Source: a virus. Taken from it: a DNA stretch of 64,000 bases. Under the pieces are notes generated by a model that worked only from the letters and a program-made list of their open reading frames with translations, ran no database searches and was not told where the DNA came from. The position numbers were made by a program, and so were the translations under genes. Below, piece by piece: positions 47,184 through 56,602 of the stretch (within the stretch, counting starts at the first letter, position 1; every line of letters begins with the position of its first letter). Location of the stretch: IMG/VR virus record IMGVR_UViG_3300025818_000017; one strand, 5' to 3'.

Positions 47184-47995
47184 GCACGTTTTATATACTT
47201 GATCGTGTTGCTTCTACGGTACTGATCTTCTAAGAGGTCAATATCCAACACTTTACCTATGCATATTGTATCTGTATAATCACTGTGATCATATGAGTTT
47301 AGGTTCCAGTGTTTCATCCATTCGCTTTCGTACTCTTTCCACCATTCTAGCATTTCTGGGTTATCGGAGTTTTGCACGTATCCGTCTTCTAGCAACACAT
47401 TCGTATTTACGAAGATGTCGGTGAACGGTTTGATGAGTTCATTGACCCTAGATTGGAGGTTTGGTTCATTGTTTCTGAAGTATGAGCTAGGCGTTTTTCC
47501 CAACTCTGTCCATGTTATAAGTATACTTCCTCTTCTGTGGTTTAATTTTTGTAGCTTTCTGTCTTCTGCGGTTATTTTTCTTGATAACAACCCAGTTTTC
47601 GAGAAATAATCAATGATTATGCGCTTGAGCGGTTTATTTCTTGTTTTTAGTAAACCCTCTATCTTATGGATACACATATGTATAATTTGAAGGTCTGTGT
47701 CTTTACAGTACTTTACACAATTCACTTCATAAATCTGGTGAGCGTAGTTACACCATTCCTGGTTGATATTTCTTTCTATATCAATACCAAGAGAAAACTT
47801 ATCTGAATACTTCTTCACCTCCGAGACGTAAAAAGATATATCTTCGGTAGAATAAGGGTTGTACATTGGATGTTGTAATGCTTCAAGATGCTGAAAATGC
47901 TTGGACTGTTTATACCACCAGTTTGCGGTATAGTTGTCGTATATTTCGCATGGAATAGTCATACCATCTTGAAGAACAAGATTGACTGTTTTCAT
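47180..47995 (-). CDS. Hypothetical late protein
   Basis: 271-aa ORF; TAAATA 4 nt before the ATG. Confidence 0.65.
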   Translation of the reverse strand: MKTVNLVLQDGMTIPCEIYDNYTANWWYKQSKHFQHLEALQHPMYNPYSTEDISFYVSEVKKYSDKFSLGIDIERNINQEWCNYAHQIYEVNCVKYCKDTDLQIIHMCIHKIEGLLKTRNKPLKRIIIDYFSKTGLLSRKITAEDRKLQKLNHRRGSILITWTELGKTPSSYFRNNEPNLQSRVNELIKPFTDIFVNTNVLLEDGYVQNSDNPEMLEWWKEYESEWMKHWNLNSYDHSDYTDTICIGKVLDIDLLEDQYRRSNTIKYIKRA

Positions 47996-48002
47996 ACGGT
48001 AT

Positions 48003-48488
48003 TTATTTGTTGAAAGTCATTCCGCCAAACATTCTTACAGAGTTATAGCACACGGATATTTTCCAAGGTGCGGCTGGTGGTTCTGCTGCTTCCATACCTT
48101 TTTTAAATATATCATCACAAACCTTGCGTGATACTTGCCAATCTGCTACATCTACTCTACGTAGTGTTTGATATAAAAGATCGTGGATAACTGCTGCTCT
48201 TGCGATATCCCACGGCGAAATAACAACCCAAGCCCCTCTTGGAATACTTGCTAAATCGGTAATGAAGCCTTCATTACAAGTGAGTGTGATGGTTCTTACA
48301 CCTTTGACTTTTCTGCTACGAAGGTTCTTGGTTTTAGTAAGACCCATTTCTTTTAGGATTTCATATTCTTCATCAGTGCCTTCCCAAGTGAAAGATAGTG
48401 CTTCACTTAGTTCCCAGCGATATTTTACCTTTTTTTCGTATGGTCCGGGACCGAGAAAGTTTGCTTTTAGAAGACCGTTAAAGCCCAT
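48003..48488 (-). CDS. DUF1353-family protein
   Basis: GFITDLASIPR..W..AAVIHDLLY..CDDIF..M..VRMFG. Confidence 0.8.
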   Translation of the reverse strand: MGFNGLLKANFLGPGPYEKKVKYRWELSEALSFTWEGTDEEYEILKEMGLTKTKNLRSRKVKGVRTITLTCNEGFITDLASIPRGAWVVISPWDIARAAVIHDLLYQTLRRVDVADWQVSRKVCDDIFKKGMEAAEPPAAPWKISVCYNSVRMFGGMTFNK

Positions 48489-48539
48489 GATTGTTCTCCA
48501 ATTCTTTTATGTATTTATTTTACAAGGGCTAAATATAGT

Positions 48540-48788
48540 ATGATGAAACGCAAAACCCGTAGCATTCTAGAAGAACTAGACAGTATAGTAATAGAGCGTG
48601 ATAGAGTTCACGTTCTAGAGAATCGTGGTAATAATATTATCGATTCTGCTATGAATCTTATATCAATGATTCACGAGAGTTATGATCAAGAGACAGCAGC
48701 AGATTTGGAAAAACGACTTATCAACGCTATCCGTACTAAAGACCCTAGAAAGTTTATCAGGGGTGTGAAGAAGTTGAGGGACTACTAA
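48540..48788 (+). CDS. Hypothetical late protein
   Basis: TAAATA 4 nt before the ATG. Confidence 0.7.
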   Translation: MMKRKTRSILEELDSIVIERDRVHVLENRGNNIIDSAMNLISMIHESYDQETAADLEKRLINAIRTKDPRKFIRGVKKLRDY

Positions 48789-49033
48789 TGGCTGATATTA
48801 AGAAACTTATGGACACAATCACCGAAATAGAACGCAGCACAGAACTAGATGATTTTGCTGCTGGGAAGACGGATGATTTTAAGAAAAAATGGGCAAGAGC
48901 AAATGCTGAAATGAGAAAGCTTATTGGTCTATATATACAGTACAAGCATAATATGAATCTGGCTGATATTAATGACGAGATTTATGCCTTGGATTCTATT
49001 ATAGCTAAAATTAACGATAAGATGTACGGGTAA
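48788..49033 (+). CDS. Small protein with ADIKKLM leader
   Basis: N-terminus resembles MSDIRKLL of 14011-14601; TAATG coupling. Confidence 0.6.
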   Translation: MADIKKLMDTITEIERSTELDDFAAGKTDDFKKKWARANAEMRKLIGLYIQYKHNMNLADINDEIYALDSIIAKINDKMYG

Positions 49034-49041
49034 AATAACTA

Positions 49042-49827
49042 ATGACTGAATACACTTTTTGGAAAGACGATATTTTTGAGAATGAAGAAGACAAATGGCT
49101 TGAAGAGAGACAGTGGATTAGTATTCCTGTTTCTGAGAGTTCTGAGAAGTATTCCTTTCTAAAAGGCGAACTACAGGAAGCCCGTTATATTCGTATTCCA
49201 CGCAACGCCGCTGGACATACGATGGCGGATATCGGTGAAACCTTTTTTGAGCATATGATTATGCTACAGCAACTACGCCACGAAAACCCAGAAGCCGCTG
49301 CAAAATACGCCAAAGACACACTAAAGTTCTATGACTTTAGTAATGTCCGTTCTGGTGCTACCGACCTACATAACCTTGCTTCTATCATTATGAATCCAAG
49401 CAAGTTTAAGGATGAGGTTGGCGCTGATAGCGGTATTCGTATTCCAGAACTACAGTTTAAGCGTTGGTTACGAGATATCAAGGCGGGTAATATGAATACA
49501 TCTGTTGATAGGCAGTTTCTATATAAGCTAGAGAAAGAACTTGGTATCAAAAACAGTATTCTTCGTAATATGAGAAGAATCGTTCAGGACTATTCTATGG
49601 CTTCCCCCAATGAACGCAAAATGATATCAACAAGACTAATGCTACATTTCCGTCAGGATCGTCGTTTTATGAGTGATATCTTCAAGCCTTGGGCAAGTAC
49701 CACAAAAGGTATGGTTCCTAATCCTGAAGATATGGAAAAAGCACAGGATAAGGGTTTCAAAGTACCATTATGGGCGAAGGCTGCTGGGGCATTTGCCGCT
49801 GGATATTGGTTAGGTACTAAAATATAG
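49042..49827 (+). CDS. Probable head-associated protein with hydrophobic C-terminus
   Basis: ORF in the late block ending AAGAFAAGYWLG. Confidence 0.7.
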   Translation: MTEYTFWKDDIFENEEDKWLEERQWISIPVSESSEKYSFLKGELQEARYIRIPRNAAGHTMADIGETFFEHMIMLQQLRHENPEAAAKYAKDTLKFYDFSNVRSGATDLHNLASIIMNPSKFKDEVGADSGIRIPELQFKRWLRDIKAGNMNTSVDRQFLYKLEKELGIKNSILRNMRRIVQDYSMASPNERKMISTRLMLHFRQDRRFMSDIFKPWASTTKGMVPNPEDMEKAQDKGFKVPLWAKAAGAFAAGYWLGTKI

Positions 49828-49921
49828 AGTTATTATAGGTATTTTTTCAACGAAAATGATAAATAAAAGTAAGGAAGTAGTTTATCTACGACCATTACAT
49901 TTTAGATAAAGGAATAGTAAA

Positions 49922-50329
49922 ATGGCAACAGTAACAAGAACAAATGGTAGTGCATTTGGTGTACCACACGTTGACCGTGCCACAGCAGGTAGCGGTGCAA
50001 TCACAGCAGACGAAGCAGTAATCCTAGACGGACCACAGCTTGACTTCTTCTCAATCGTCGTTCAGACACCATCTGACGACAACGTTGACCTACGCAACGA
50101 ACTAGATGCTGGCGAAGCAGTTGAAGGAATTCTAACAGAAATCCAAACTCGCGGCACAATCGCTATGTATCAAGTTGAAGGTGATAACACAGGTCACATT
50201 TCCGTAGCTGTTTACCCAGCAGGCGTTTGGACAGCAGCAACACTACAAACTGCACTTCGTGCAATCTCACCAAACTCACTAGAAATTGGTGGCACAGACG
50301 TAACAGACTCAGGCTTCGAACTAGTCTAA
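49922..50329 (+). CDS. Probable abundant virion structural protein
   Basis: TAAATA at ~49860 with a leader, SD AAGGA, optimal codon use, own terminator. Confidence 0.7.
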   Translation: MATVTRTNGSAFGVPHVDRATAGSGAITADEAVILDGPQLDFFSIVVQTPSDDNVDLRNELDAGEAVEGILTEIQTRGTIAMYQVEGDNTGHISVAVYPAGVWTAATLQTALRAISPNSLEIGGTDVTDSGFELV

Positions 50330-50352
50330 GGTTAGTTACTAACTGATTTGGG

Positions 50353-50383
50353 AAAGCCCGGCTTTTAGTCGGGCTTTTTCTTT
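50353..50383 (+). terminator. Intrinsic terminator
   Basis: AAAGCCCG..CGGGCTTT stem followed by TTCTTT. Confidence 0.85.
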
Positions 50384-50399
50384 GCCTATAAATATCCCT

Positions 50400-50807
50400 A
50401 TGAATAACCTTGAGTGTTTGTATAGGAAACATCCTAACATAAAACCTACCCCCTTACATAAACTATCTCCGACAACATATCATATGGATGGTCGATGGGA
50501 ATGGCGGGACTTACCTAGTCTTCAAAAAGATGGATTGATATACCCAATACTTTACCGTAAAGTCACACCAGAATGGTGGAATAAAACATTTACAAACGCT
50601 TTTAAACACCTAGAATGCTGGGACAAAATAAAAGACCCAAAGATAAACGAAGATGGTATGATATGGTCTATTTCTCTTGGGAACAATCGTATTATATGTG
50701 CGGAACATCTTGGGTATGACCATATTGACGCTATATTCTTTGATAATCTACCAAAACTAGTCAAGTACACCCATTTCATAAAAGAACAGAATCCCTACAA
50801 GGCATAA
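50400..50807 (+). CDS. Hypothetical protein (weak ParB-N-like)
   Basis: Start re-called at 50400, 5 nt after TATAAATA; SL.KDG..YPI..GNNR. Confidence 0.5.
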   Translation: MNNLECLYRKHPNIKPTPLHKLSPTTYHMDGRWEWRDLPSLQKDGLIYPILYRKVTPEWWNKTFTNAFKHLECWDKIKDPKINEDGMIWSISLGNNRIICAEHLGYDHIDAIFFDNLPKLVKYTHFIKEQNPYKA

Positions 50808-50814
50808 ATACCAT

Positions 50815-51285
50815 ATGCGACTATTTGATTTATTTGAGACACGCACCGACGAATCCCTAAAGGACTTCAGCTATGATATGGTAAAAACTGTCATGGATAT
50901 GTTTGATATTGGGCAAGAGTTGGCTATTGAGGTAGTTGATAGAGTTCAGGATTATGATGCCGCCGCATTGGCTCAAACATTAGAGCGTGGTGACCGTAGA
51001 GGTTTCGCACAACTGTATACCGATGCTAAAGCATCACTTGACGAAGGTATGGCGTGGGGAAGAAGCGGTAATAAGGTCGTAAAGAAGTTTCGTTGTACAG
51101 GTGGTCCAAGAAACGGTAGAGTAGTATCCAAGCCAGCACAATGTTTTGCTCCACCCGACATCAAAAAGCGTATGACTCTAAAGCGCACAAAAGCGAAAAT
51201 GGGCAAGAAAATGGCTCGTAAGCGTAAAAAGACAATGCGTACAAATGCGGCATCAAAGCGTGTCCAAGCAATGAATAAAAGGTAA
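50815..51285 (+). CDS. Probable head protein (MRLFDLFE leader, basic C-terminus)
   Basis: ATAAATACCATATG start context; LDEG then a K/R-rich tail. Confidence 0.7.
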   Translation: MRLFDLFETRTDESLKDFSYDMVKTVMDMFDIGQELAIEVVDRVQDYDAAALAQTLERGDRRGFAQLYTDAKASLDEGMAWGRSGNKVVKKFRCTGGPRNGRVVSKPAQCFAPPDIKKRMTLKRTKAKMGKKMARKRKKTMRTNAASKRVQAMNKR

Positions 51286-51289
51286 AAAA

Positions 51290-52186
51290 ATGAAAATCAA
51301 CCAGATTATCACCGAAAAATCAAGTAGTAAGAAACAGGCTAAGACAATGACAGCAGCTTGTAAATCTGCAAAGTTCCGCAAGAAGGTAGATATTCCTAAG
51401 AAAGTTGCTTGTGATTATCACGAGAAAGATAAAGGAACGTTTCATGAATCAATGGGACCAGACAGAAGCCAAACATCAAAGTTATTTTATAGTCGTGTCA
51501 TAAACCATTTGAAATATTGGATTGATGCTGTTCGCCACGAATATATTCTTCATTGGCCTAAACTAGAAAGTTATATGCATGATTTGCTTACCGATAACGA
51601 ATATTGGACTTGGAAAAACAACTTCAATGGGCGATTCCCGACAAGACTAAAAGTTCAACTTGACCTGTTGGGAAATATTACGAAGAATTATTATGATAGT
51701 ATTAGAAATATCCCCGGTAAGGTTCCAAGTAGAGAACAAAAAAATGCCGCATATCAGCAATTCAAAGAAGATTATACTGAAGCTATGATCAAATTTGCCG
51801 AACATATGCAAAAGTATTATAACGCTGAAATCAAGCCGTATATTGGCGGTGTGACTGAAGACATCAATGATATAGAATTCCAACAACAGAATAACATTGT
51901 TATGAAAACAAAAGACGGCCAGGATGTGAATACCAATATGGATGATCCAGCAACACCAACTCTTGTTCGTAACAAACAAACCAAGAAGCTTGAAGTAAAA
52001 CCGGCTGGCGAAAATCTAAACAAAGCTGAATACGATGCCGTTGATGATACTGACCCAAATAAAGCTAAGAAAGTTCAGCAAGAACTAGAAAAACAGAAAA
52101 AAGAACAGGAGCGTGAAGCCCGTAAAGCACAACTACAGGCACAACGTCAGCAAACAACCACAGGCACAGGAGCAACCGGAGCCTAA
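51290..52186 (+). CDS. Modular probable head protein (MKINQIITE leader)
   Basis: SD AAGG; modules bounded by FHES and VTED. Confidence 0.65.
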   Translation: MKINQIITEKSSSKKQAKTMTAACKSAKFRKKVDIPKKVACDYHEKDKGTFHESMGPDRSQTSKLFYSRVINHLKYWIDAVRHEYILHWPKLESYMHDLLTDNEYWTWKNNFNGRFPTRLKVQLDLLGNITKNYYDSIRNIPGKVPSREQKNAAYQQFKEDYTEAMIKFAEHMQKYYNAEIKPYIGGVTEDINDIEFQQQNNIVMKTKDGQDVNTNMDDPATPTLVRNKQTKKLEVKPAGENLNKAEYDAVDDTDPNKAKKVQQELEKQKKEQEREARKAQLQAQRQQTTTGTGATGA

Positions 52187-52187
52187 A

Positions 52188-52424
52188 ATGAAACTGGCAG
52201 AAATTTTAAACAGCGTCCCAACTTTCATAACTAATGATGAGGCATCTCTTGCTAACCGTATCAAACACGAGGGGAAAGTCAACAAGAAAGACTTGACCGA
52301 GCAAGATTTGGTTATTGCTGATACGTTAGTTAATAAGAATGTGTTGAAGAGACGGAGAAATGGAAAGGAAGTCTATTTTGTCAGAAACGATGATAAACAA
52401 GATAATCAACCGATTACTGATTGA
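52188..52424 (+). CDS. Small late protein (MKLAEIL leader)
   Basis: Start re-called at 52188. Confidence 0.6.
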   Translation: MKLAEILNSVPTFITNDEASLANRIKHEGKVNKKDLTEQDLVIADTLVNKNVLKRRRNGKEVYFVRNDDKQDNQPITD

Positions 52425-52806
52425 AGCCAAGGATAAACTTCTTATTGCTGATTTGGGCAACAAAATCAAAGTTGGTCCATATGATATCATTCAACACGGT
52501 AATGTGTTTAGAATAATGCGTGAAGATGTTGATATTGATGAGTTCAACAGTAAGAAAGCAGTAATAGCATATGCTATATCACTATTCAACCGATTACCAA
52601 CTAAAACAATCAAAGACCAAGATATGAAGATTGGTAAGTATCGTGACGATATCCGTTTCTATCGTCGTTCTTTGCTTATCGCACAGAAGAAACATGATTA
52701 TACCAGAGAAGAAGTTATGATGTGTCGTATTGATGCTGCTTTCCGTGACCTAAATATTACTAAACATAGACTTTTAGAAGAAATAAAAAATATCAAAATA
52801 GCATAA
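52390..52806 (+). CDS. Hypothetical late protein
   Basis: Start re-called at MINK. Confidence 0.6.
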   Translation: MINKIINRLLIEAKDKLLIADLGNKIKVGPYDIIQHGNVFRIMREDVDIDEFNSKKAVIAYAISLFNRLPTKTIKDQDMKIGKYRDDIRFYRRSLLIAQKKHDYTREEVMMCRIDAAFRDLNITKHRLLEEIKNIKIA

Positions 52807-52829
52807 ATAGTATAAACGAGGACTCTTAA

Positions 52830-53585
52830 ATGAAACTTACAAACTTTAACGAAACGCTATCAAGCAGCAAACTAAACAACGCCCTAAAGGATAAGTTTGG
52901 TTACCGTCTAAACCTTGACGAACTACCACTTGACCGTGCCCAGAAAATGCTTATTTCTGTAAATCACACATTGAAAGAAGCAGTATCCAAGGCTGGTGAA
53001 AAGGCTCGTTCTTCCAAGGTATATGCTGAAAAGAAACTTATCGCTGAAACATTAGAAAAGTTCGTAGCAGAGAAAACTAAAATCATTGCTATGGAAAAAC
53101 GCCGTGCAATCCTGAAGCGTAAGCTAAACGAAGCAGAGCAACAGGAAGCAGAAGTTGTTCTAGCAGCAAAAGATATGGTTGACCGTATGCAGAAAATGGT
53201 TGAAGACCTTGGCGAAATGCAGAACGAACAGATTCTACCATTGGTTGATCAAATCCGTCAAACACTCGGCGACGAAACAGCAACATCATTTGAAAGTGCA
53301 ATGACCGCAGCAGTTACATCTGCTATGGACGCAGTTCGCCAAGCTCGCACAGATGCAGACGGCGCAGCACGTATCCTATCTGGCGGTGAAGCACCAGACA
53401 ATATGATGGGTGGTGAAACTGATGAACTAGATGCTGGCGGTGAAGAACCGATGGCTGATATTCCAGCAGATGCCGAAGAACCAGCAGCAGAGCCAGAAAC
53501 GGATGCCGCACCAGAAGATGATGGTGAGGTTGACATGGGGCGTGAAAAGCGTGATGAAGTTGAACTAGACCTATCTGGTCTATAA
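52830..53585 (+). CDS. Coiled-coil acidic probable prohead scaffold/core protein
   Basis: TAAATA and SD GAGGA; helical body with acidic tail. Confidence 0.65.
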   Translation: MKLTNFNETLSSSKLNNALKDKFGYRLNLDELPLDRAQKMLISVNHTLKEAVSKAGEKARSSKVYAEKKLIAETLEKFVAEKTKIIAMEKRRAILKRKLNEAEQQEAEVVLAAKDMVDRMQKMVEDLGEMQNEQILPLVDQIRQTLGDETATSFESAMTAAVTSAMDAVRQARTDADGAARILSGGEAPDNMMGGETDELDAGGEEPMADIPADAEEPAAEPETDAAPEDDGEVDMGREKRDEVELDLSGL

Positions 53586-53597
53586 GAGGCGTCTTCT

Positions 53598-54071
53598 ATG
53601 AGATTAGTTGAGTTCAATAATTCTATCCCAACTCTAGTCGGGTTAGTATCACATCTGAAAAGAAAGGCTGAAGGCAAAGAGTCCGCTAGAGTCCGTACAA
53701 AATCTTTTCTGAAGATGCTACATAACCTTGGCGTGAGCATGGATGTGAATGCTCTCAACAATCTTTTAGGTGGTGGCGCTGTATCTAATCTAATATCAAG
53801 CGCAGATGATGAGTGGGTAGAACTCAACATGACAGGTGATGCACCTTTAGATGATGAACCTTTGGACCTTGGTATGGATGATACGGGAGGTGAAGAAGAC
53901 ATGGACCTTGACCTCGGTGGTGACGAAGATATGGGAATGGGTGCCGAAGAACCCGCTGGTGCTACAACCGATGAGTTTGAGCAACCAGAAATGGGTGGTG
54001 CCCCAGCCGCACAATCACCACAACAAAAAGTACAGAATATGGCGAAGTCAGCTTTGTCTAGGAGACAATAA
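53598..54071 (+). CDS. Acidic probable head protein
   Basis: SD GAGG; MRLVEF leader; D/E/G-rich. Confidence 0.65.
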   Translation: MRLVEFNNSIPTLVGLVSHLKRKAEGKESARVRTKSFLKMLHNLGVSMDVNALNNLLGGGAVSNLISSADDEWVELNMTGDAPLDDEPLDLGMDDTGGEEDMDLDLGGDEDMGMGAEEPAGATTDEFEQPEMGGAPAAQSPQQKVQNMAKSALSRRQ

Positions 54072-54507
54072 TGAGTGATTTAGAACGTATACTAAAACTA
54101 GCAGGAATGAACGGTCTATACGAAACCGATGTGGAACAAGCACAAGTCCGTGAAATTGATAGTATTCAAGAATCAAAAGGTAAATCCTATACTCCTGTTA
54201 TGATAGCAGACAATGTTCGTGCGAGAGCAGATCATTGGAGTGAATCCTTTGGTGAGAAAGAACTATGGTGGGAGCTAGAAATTAATATTGATGGACAATG
54301 GCAAAGTGTTCAGGGTGGTCCTTCTGATTCTGACCTTTGGCGCAAAATGGGCGTTGCCAAGGAAATCAAGGCACAGGAGCGGTAATGAGCAAATCAAGCA
54401 CCACAACAAAAAGTACAGAATATGGCGAAGTCAGCTTTGTCTAGGAGACAATAATGAGTGATTTAGATAGAATACTGAAACTGGCTGGAATGAACGGTCT
54501 ATACGAA
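54016..54507 (+). repeat. 109-bp imperfect direct repeat (54016-54124 and 54399-54507)
   Basis: First 69 bp identical; the rest differs almost only at synonymous positions of MSDL(E/D)RILKLAGMNGLYE. Confidence 0.92.
54071..54385 (+). CDS. Small protein with SDLERILKLAGM leader
   Basis: SD AGGAG, TAATG coupling. Confidence 0.7.
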   Translation: MSDLERILKLAGMNGLYETDVEQAQVREIDSIQESKGKSYTPVMIADNVRARADHWSESFGEKELWWELEINIDGQWQSVQGGPSDSDLWRKMGVAKEIKAQER

Positions 54508-54555
54508 TCAGCACTAAACAGCTTCCTAGAAGTATCTATGGGGGATGACGAATAA
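54454..54555 (+). CDS. 33-aa mini-ORF MSDLDRILKLAGMNGLYESALNSFLEVSMGDDE (not in the ORF track)
   Basis: Has a duplicated SD AGGAG; its TAA overlaps the ATG of the next gene. Confidence 0.6.
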   Translation: MSDLDRILKLAGMNGLYESALNSFLEVSMGDDE

Positions 54556-54920
54556 TGGCTAACTTTCCAACAGCAGCACAGGCAAGAGAACGAGGACAAG
54601 GCAACCGTATCATTACGGAAGAGATTATGCTATTGGAACTTGCTATCCTTGACGCAGTTTCTAGTGGTGCTTTGGAAGTTGAGTTTGGTGATTCACTTAG
54701 TGACTCCACACAATCCACAATATTGGTAAATGGAACAACAGTCACGGCATCCCCAATGACCGACGATGCTACATATTACAATGTATGGAAAGAAACTTCT
54801 ACAGACGCCGCAAAGACCGAACAGATGAAAGAAGTTATTGACCATTTCCAAGCAAAGGGATATACAATCTCCCGTAGGTCTTCTAATAACACCACACTTT
54901 ATTGGTTAATCTCTTGGTGA
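54555..54920 (+). CDS. Hypothetical late protein
   Basis: TAATG coupling. Confidence 0.7.
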   Translation: MANFPTAAQARERGQGNRIITEEIMLLELAILDAVSSGALEVEFGDSLSDSTQSTILVNGTTVTASPMTDDATYYNVWKETSTDAAKTEQMKEVIDHFQAKGYTISRRSSNNTTLYWLISW

Positions 54921-55803
54921 TTCTTTCATCAATATCAATACTATAAAGTAACTCTCTATTGTGACGAAGGACATCTTTCATTTCGTCTAGTATTATTTTC
55001 CAATCATCAAGTGAATAACCTTGTAGTTTTGATATGACATCACCAATCATCGTCAAACGTTTGCCATCACTAGCAACATCATCGTAACTTTCATCCCACC
55101 ATTCACTAAATGTGATATAACCTTCATCATGCAACTGACGCAATCTTCCAACAGGCGCTGCTAATACAAATGGATGATTATTCGCTAATGCTGAATATGT
55201 TTTTTCGGTAAGAAACCCTTTTACGGCGGTTTTGTATTCTGTTTGATACGCTGTTTCTCCAATCACACTATAACAAGTTTTATGGAATATGTCATCTGGT
55301 AAGTTTCGAATAAGATTTGTACTGTCAAATGGCCTAACTGGATTGCATAGAGTATTTGCTTGTTTTAGCTGTTCTTTTGTGAAACCCAACTCGCCTTTGA
55401 AAAAATAATCCATGTCCTTGATTTCCAAGTATGTAAGTATTCCCGTATCATTTAGCAGAGAAGCAATATACCGTCTATGTCCTATATCCTTGCCATTTAG
55501 ACAAAGATGCGTGTGCGTTTTCTTGTCAATGTTTAGCGGAATGTTATCCCATATGCGAGTAGCGGCATAGTCGTGTATCGGAAAGTAAATCAACTCCAAG
55601 TTGTTTGTGCGATGTAAGTGATAGTTGCTGTCGCCAGTTATATAATACCCGTTATATCTCCTATCAAAAAACTCTAGTTCTTCCCTGATAAGAAACTCGG
55701 CAGCATGCCAAAAAACAACTGGTAAGGTATCATCTACTGTATATTCTTTCGGGTCAAACACTTGAATGTAAGTGAAATCTAAATCGATATGATTGTCTGT
55801 CAT
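54883..55803 (-). CDS. GT-like (exostosin/GT10-like C-terminus) protein, paralogue B
   Basis: LCLNG..HR, YSVIGET, FLTEKTY.AL..HPFV, GYITF..DESYD; clear paralogue of 33313-34302. Confidence 0.55.
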   Translation of the reverse strand: MTDNHIDLDFTYIQVFDPKEYTVDDTLPVVFWHAAEFLIREELEFFDRRYNGYYITGDSNYHLHRTNNLELIYFPIHDYAATRIWDNIPLNIDKKTHTHLCLNGKDIGHRRYIASLLNDTGILTYLEIKDMDYFFKGELGFTKEQLKQANTLCNPVRPFDSTNLIRNLPDDIFHKTCYSVIGETAYQTEYKTAVKGFLTEKTYSALANNHPFVLAAPVGRLRQLHDEGYITFSEWWDESYDDVASDGKRLTMIGDVISKLQGYSLDDWKIILDEMKDVLRHNRELLYSIDIDERITKRLTNKVWCY

Positions 55804-55847
55804 GTGAAACCAGCATTTTTCACGACTAAAACTATCAACAAAAAATA

Positions 55848-55876
55848 TTGACATATCGTATTTATTGATATATAAT
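55848..55876 (+). promoter_or_regulatory. sigma70 promoter TTGACA-N17-TATAAT
   Basis: Perfect consensus; ATG 55883 lies 6 nt after the -10. Confidence 0.88.
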
Positions 55877-55882
55877 AGTGAT

Positions 55883-56602
55883 ATGCTAATCTCAAAATAT
55901 AACTACAAACCTATTAGTAGGAAAAACATAAACCATAAGCGTCATTACGTTACACCAGATGGCTCACCCGTAGCCTCTGTTACTACCATTCTATCCGCTA
56001 CAAAGCCGCAGAAAGATATTGATAGTCTAAATCGTTGGAAGCGAAACTTTGATAGACAGCACGGTAAAGGTGCGGCACAGAAACACACACAGGAAGCCGC
56101 AGACCGTGGAACCAAGATGCATGCGTATCTTGAGGAATACTGTAAGTCAGATACGATTGAACCTATTATGGAACGCCAAAAGATTCCTCGTGAGAGCATT
56201 CTTGAGTCACAGGGATATAAGATGGCGAATATCGTTATTGATGAAGGTCTAAAGCACCTTGACGAATGTTGGGCAGTAGAAGCACCATTGTATTACACTG
56301 GATTGTATGCGGGAACAACAGATTGCGTTGGTGTATTTGAGGGTCAAGAATCCATCGTTGATTTCAAGCAGACCAATAAGCCAAAGAAGCGTGAGTGGAT
56401 TGATGAATATTTCATGCAACTATGCGCCTATGCCGAAGCCCATAATAATATGTTTGGAACGAACATCAAGAATGGCGTAATCCTAATGTGTTCTAAAGAT
56501 TTACAGTTCCAACGTTTTGACCTATTCGGTCCCGATTATGATAAGTATATGCATATGTGGTGGGACAGGGTAGATGAATATTTCACAAAGATTGCTGCTT
56601 GA
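55883..56602 (+). CDS. PD-(D/E)XK exonuclease (Exo5/MGME1/RecB-like)
   Basis: SVTTILS, RGT.MH..LE, E..LY..YAGTTD, IVDFKQT, QL.AYA. Confidence 0.9.
   Translation: MLISKYNYKPISRKNINHKRHYVTPDGSPVASVTTILSATKPQKDIDSLNRWKRNFDRQHGKGAAQKHTQEAADRGTKMHAYLEEYCKSDTIEPIMERQKIPRESILESQGYKMANIVIDEGLKHLDECWAVEAPLYYTGLYAGTTDCVGVFEGQESIVDFKQTNKPKKREWIDEYFMQLCAYAEAHNNMFGTNIKNGVILMCSKDLQFQRFDLFGPDYDKYMHMWWDRVDEYFTKIAA

Noticed and set aside
53258-53902. 214-aa Ser-rich minus-strand ORF
   Set aside because: Mirror of GAA/GAT-rich plus-strand acidic genes. The same applies to 6733-7597 and 9462-9662.
54385-54444. 19-aa ORF MSKSSTTTKSTEYGEVSFV
   Set aside because: Out-of-frame reading of the duplicated 3' end of the upstream gene; likely a by-product of the repeat.
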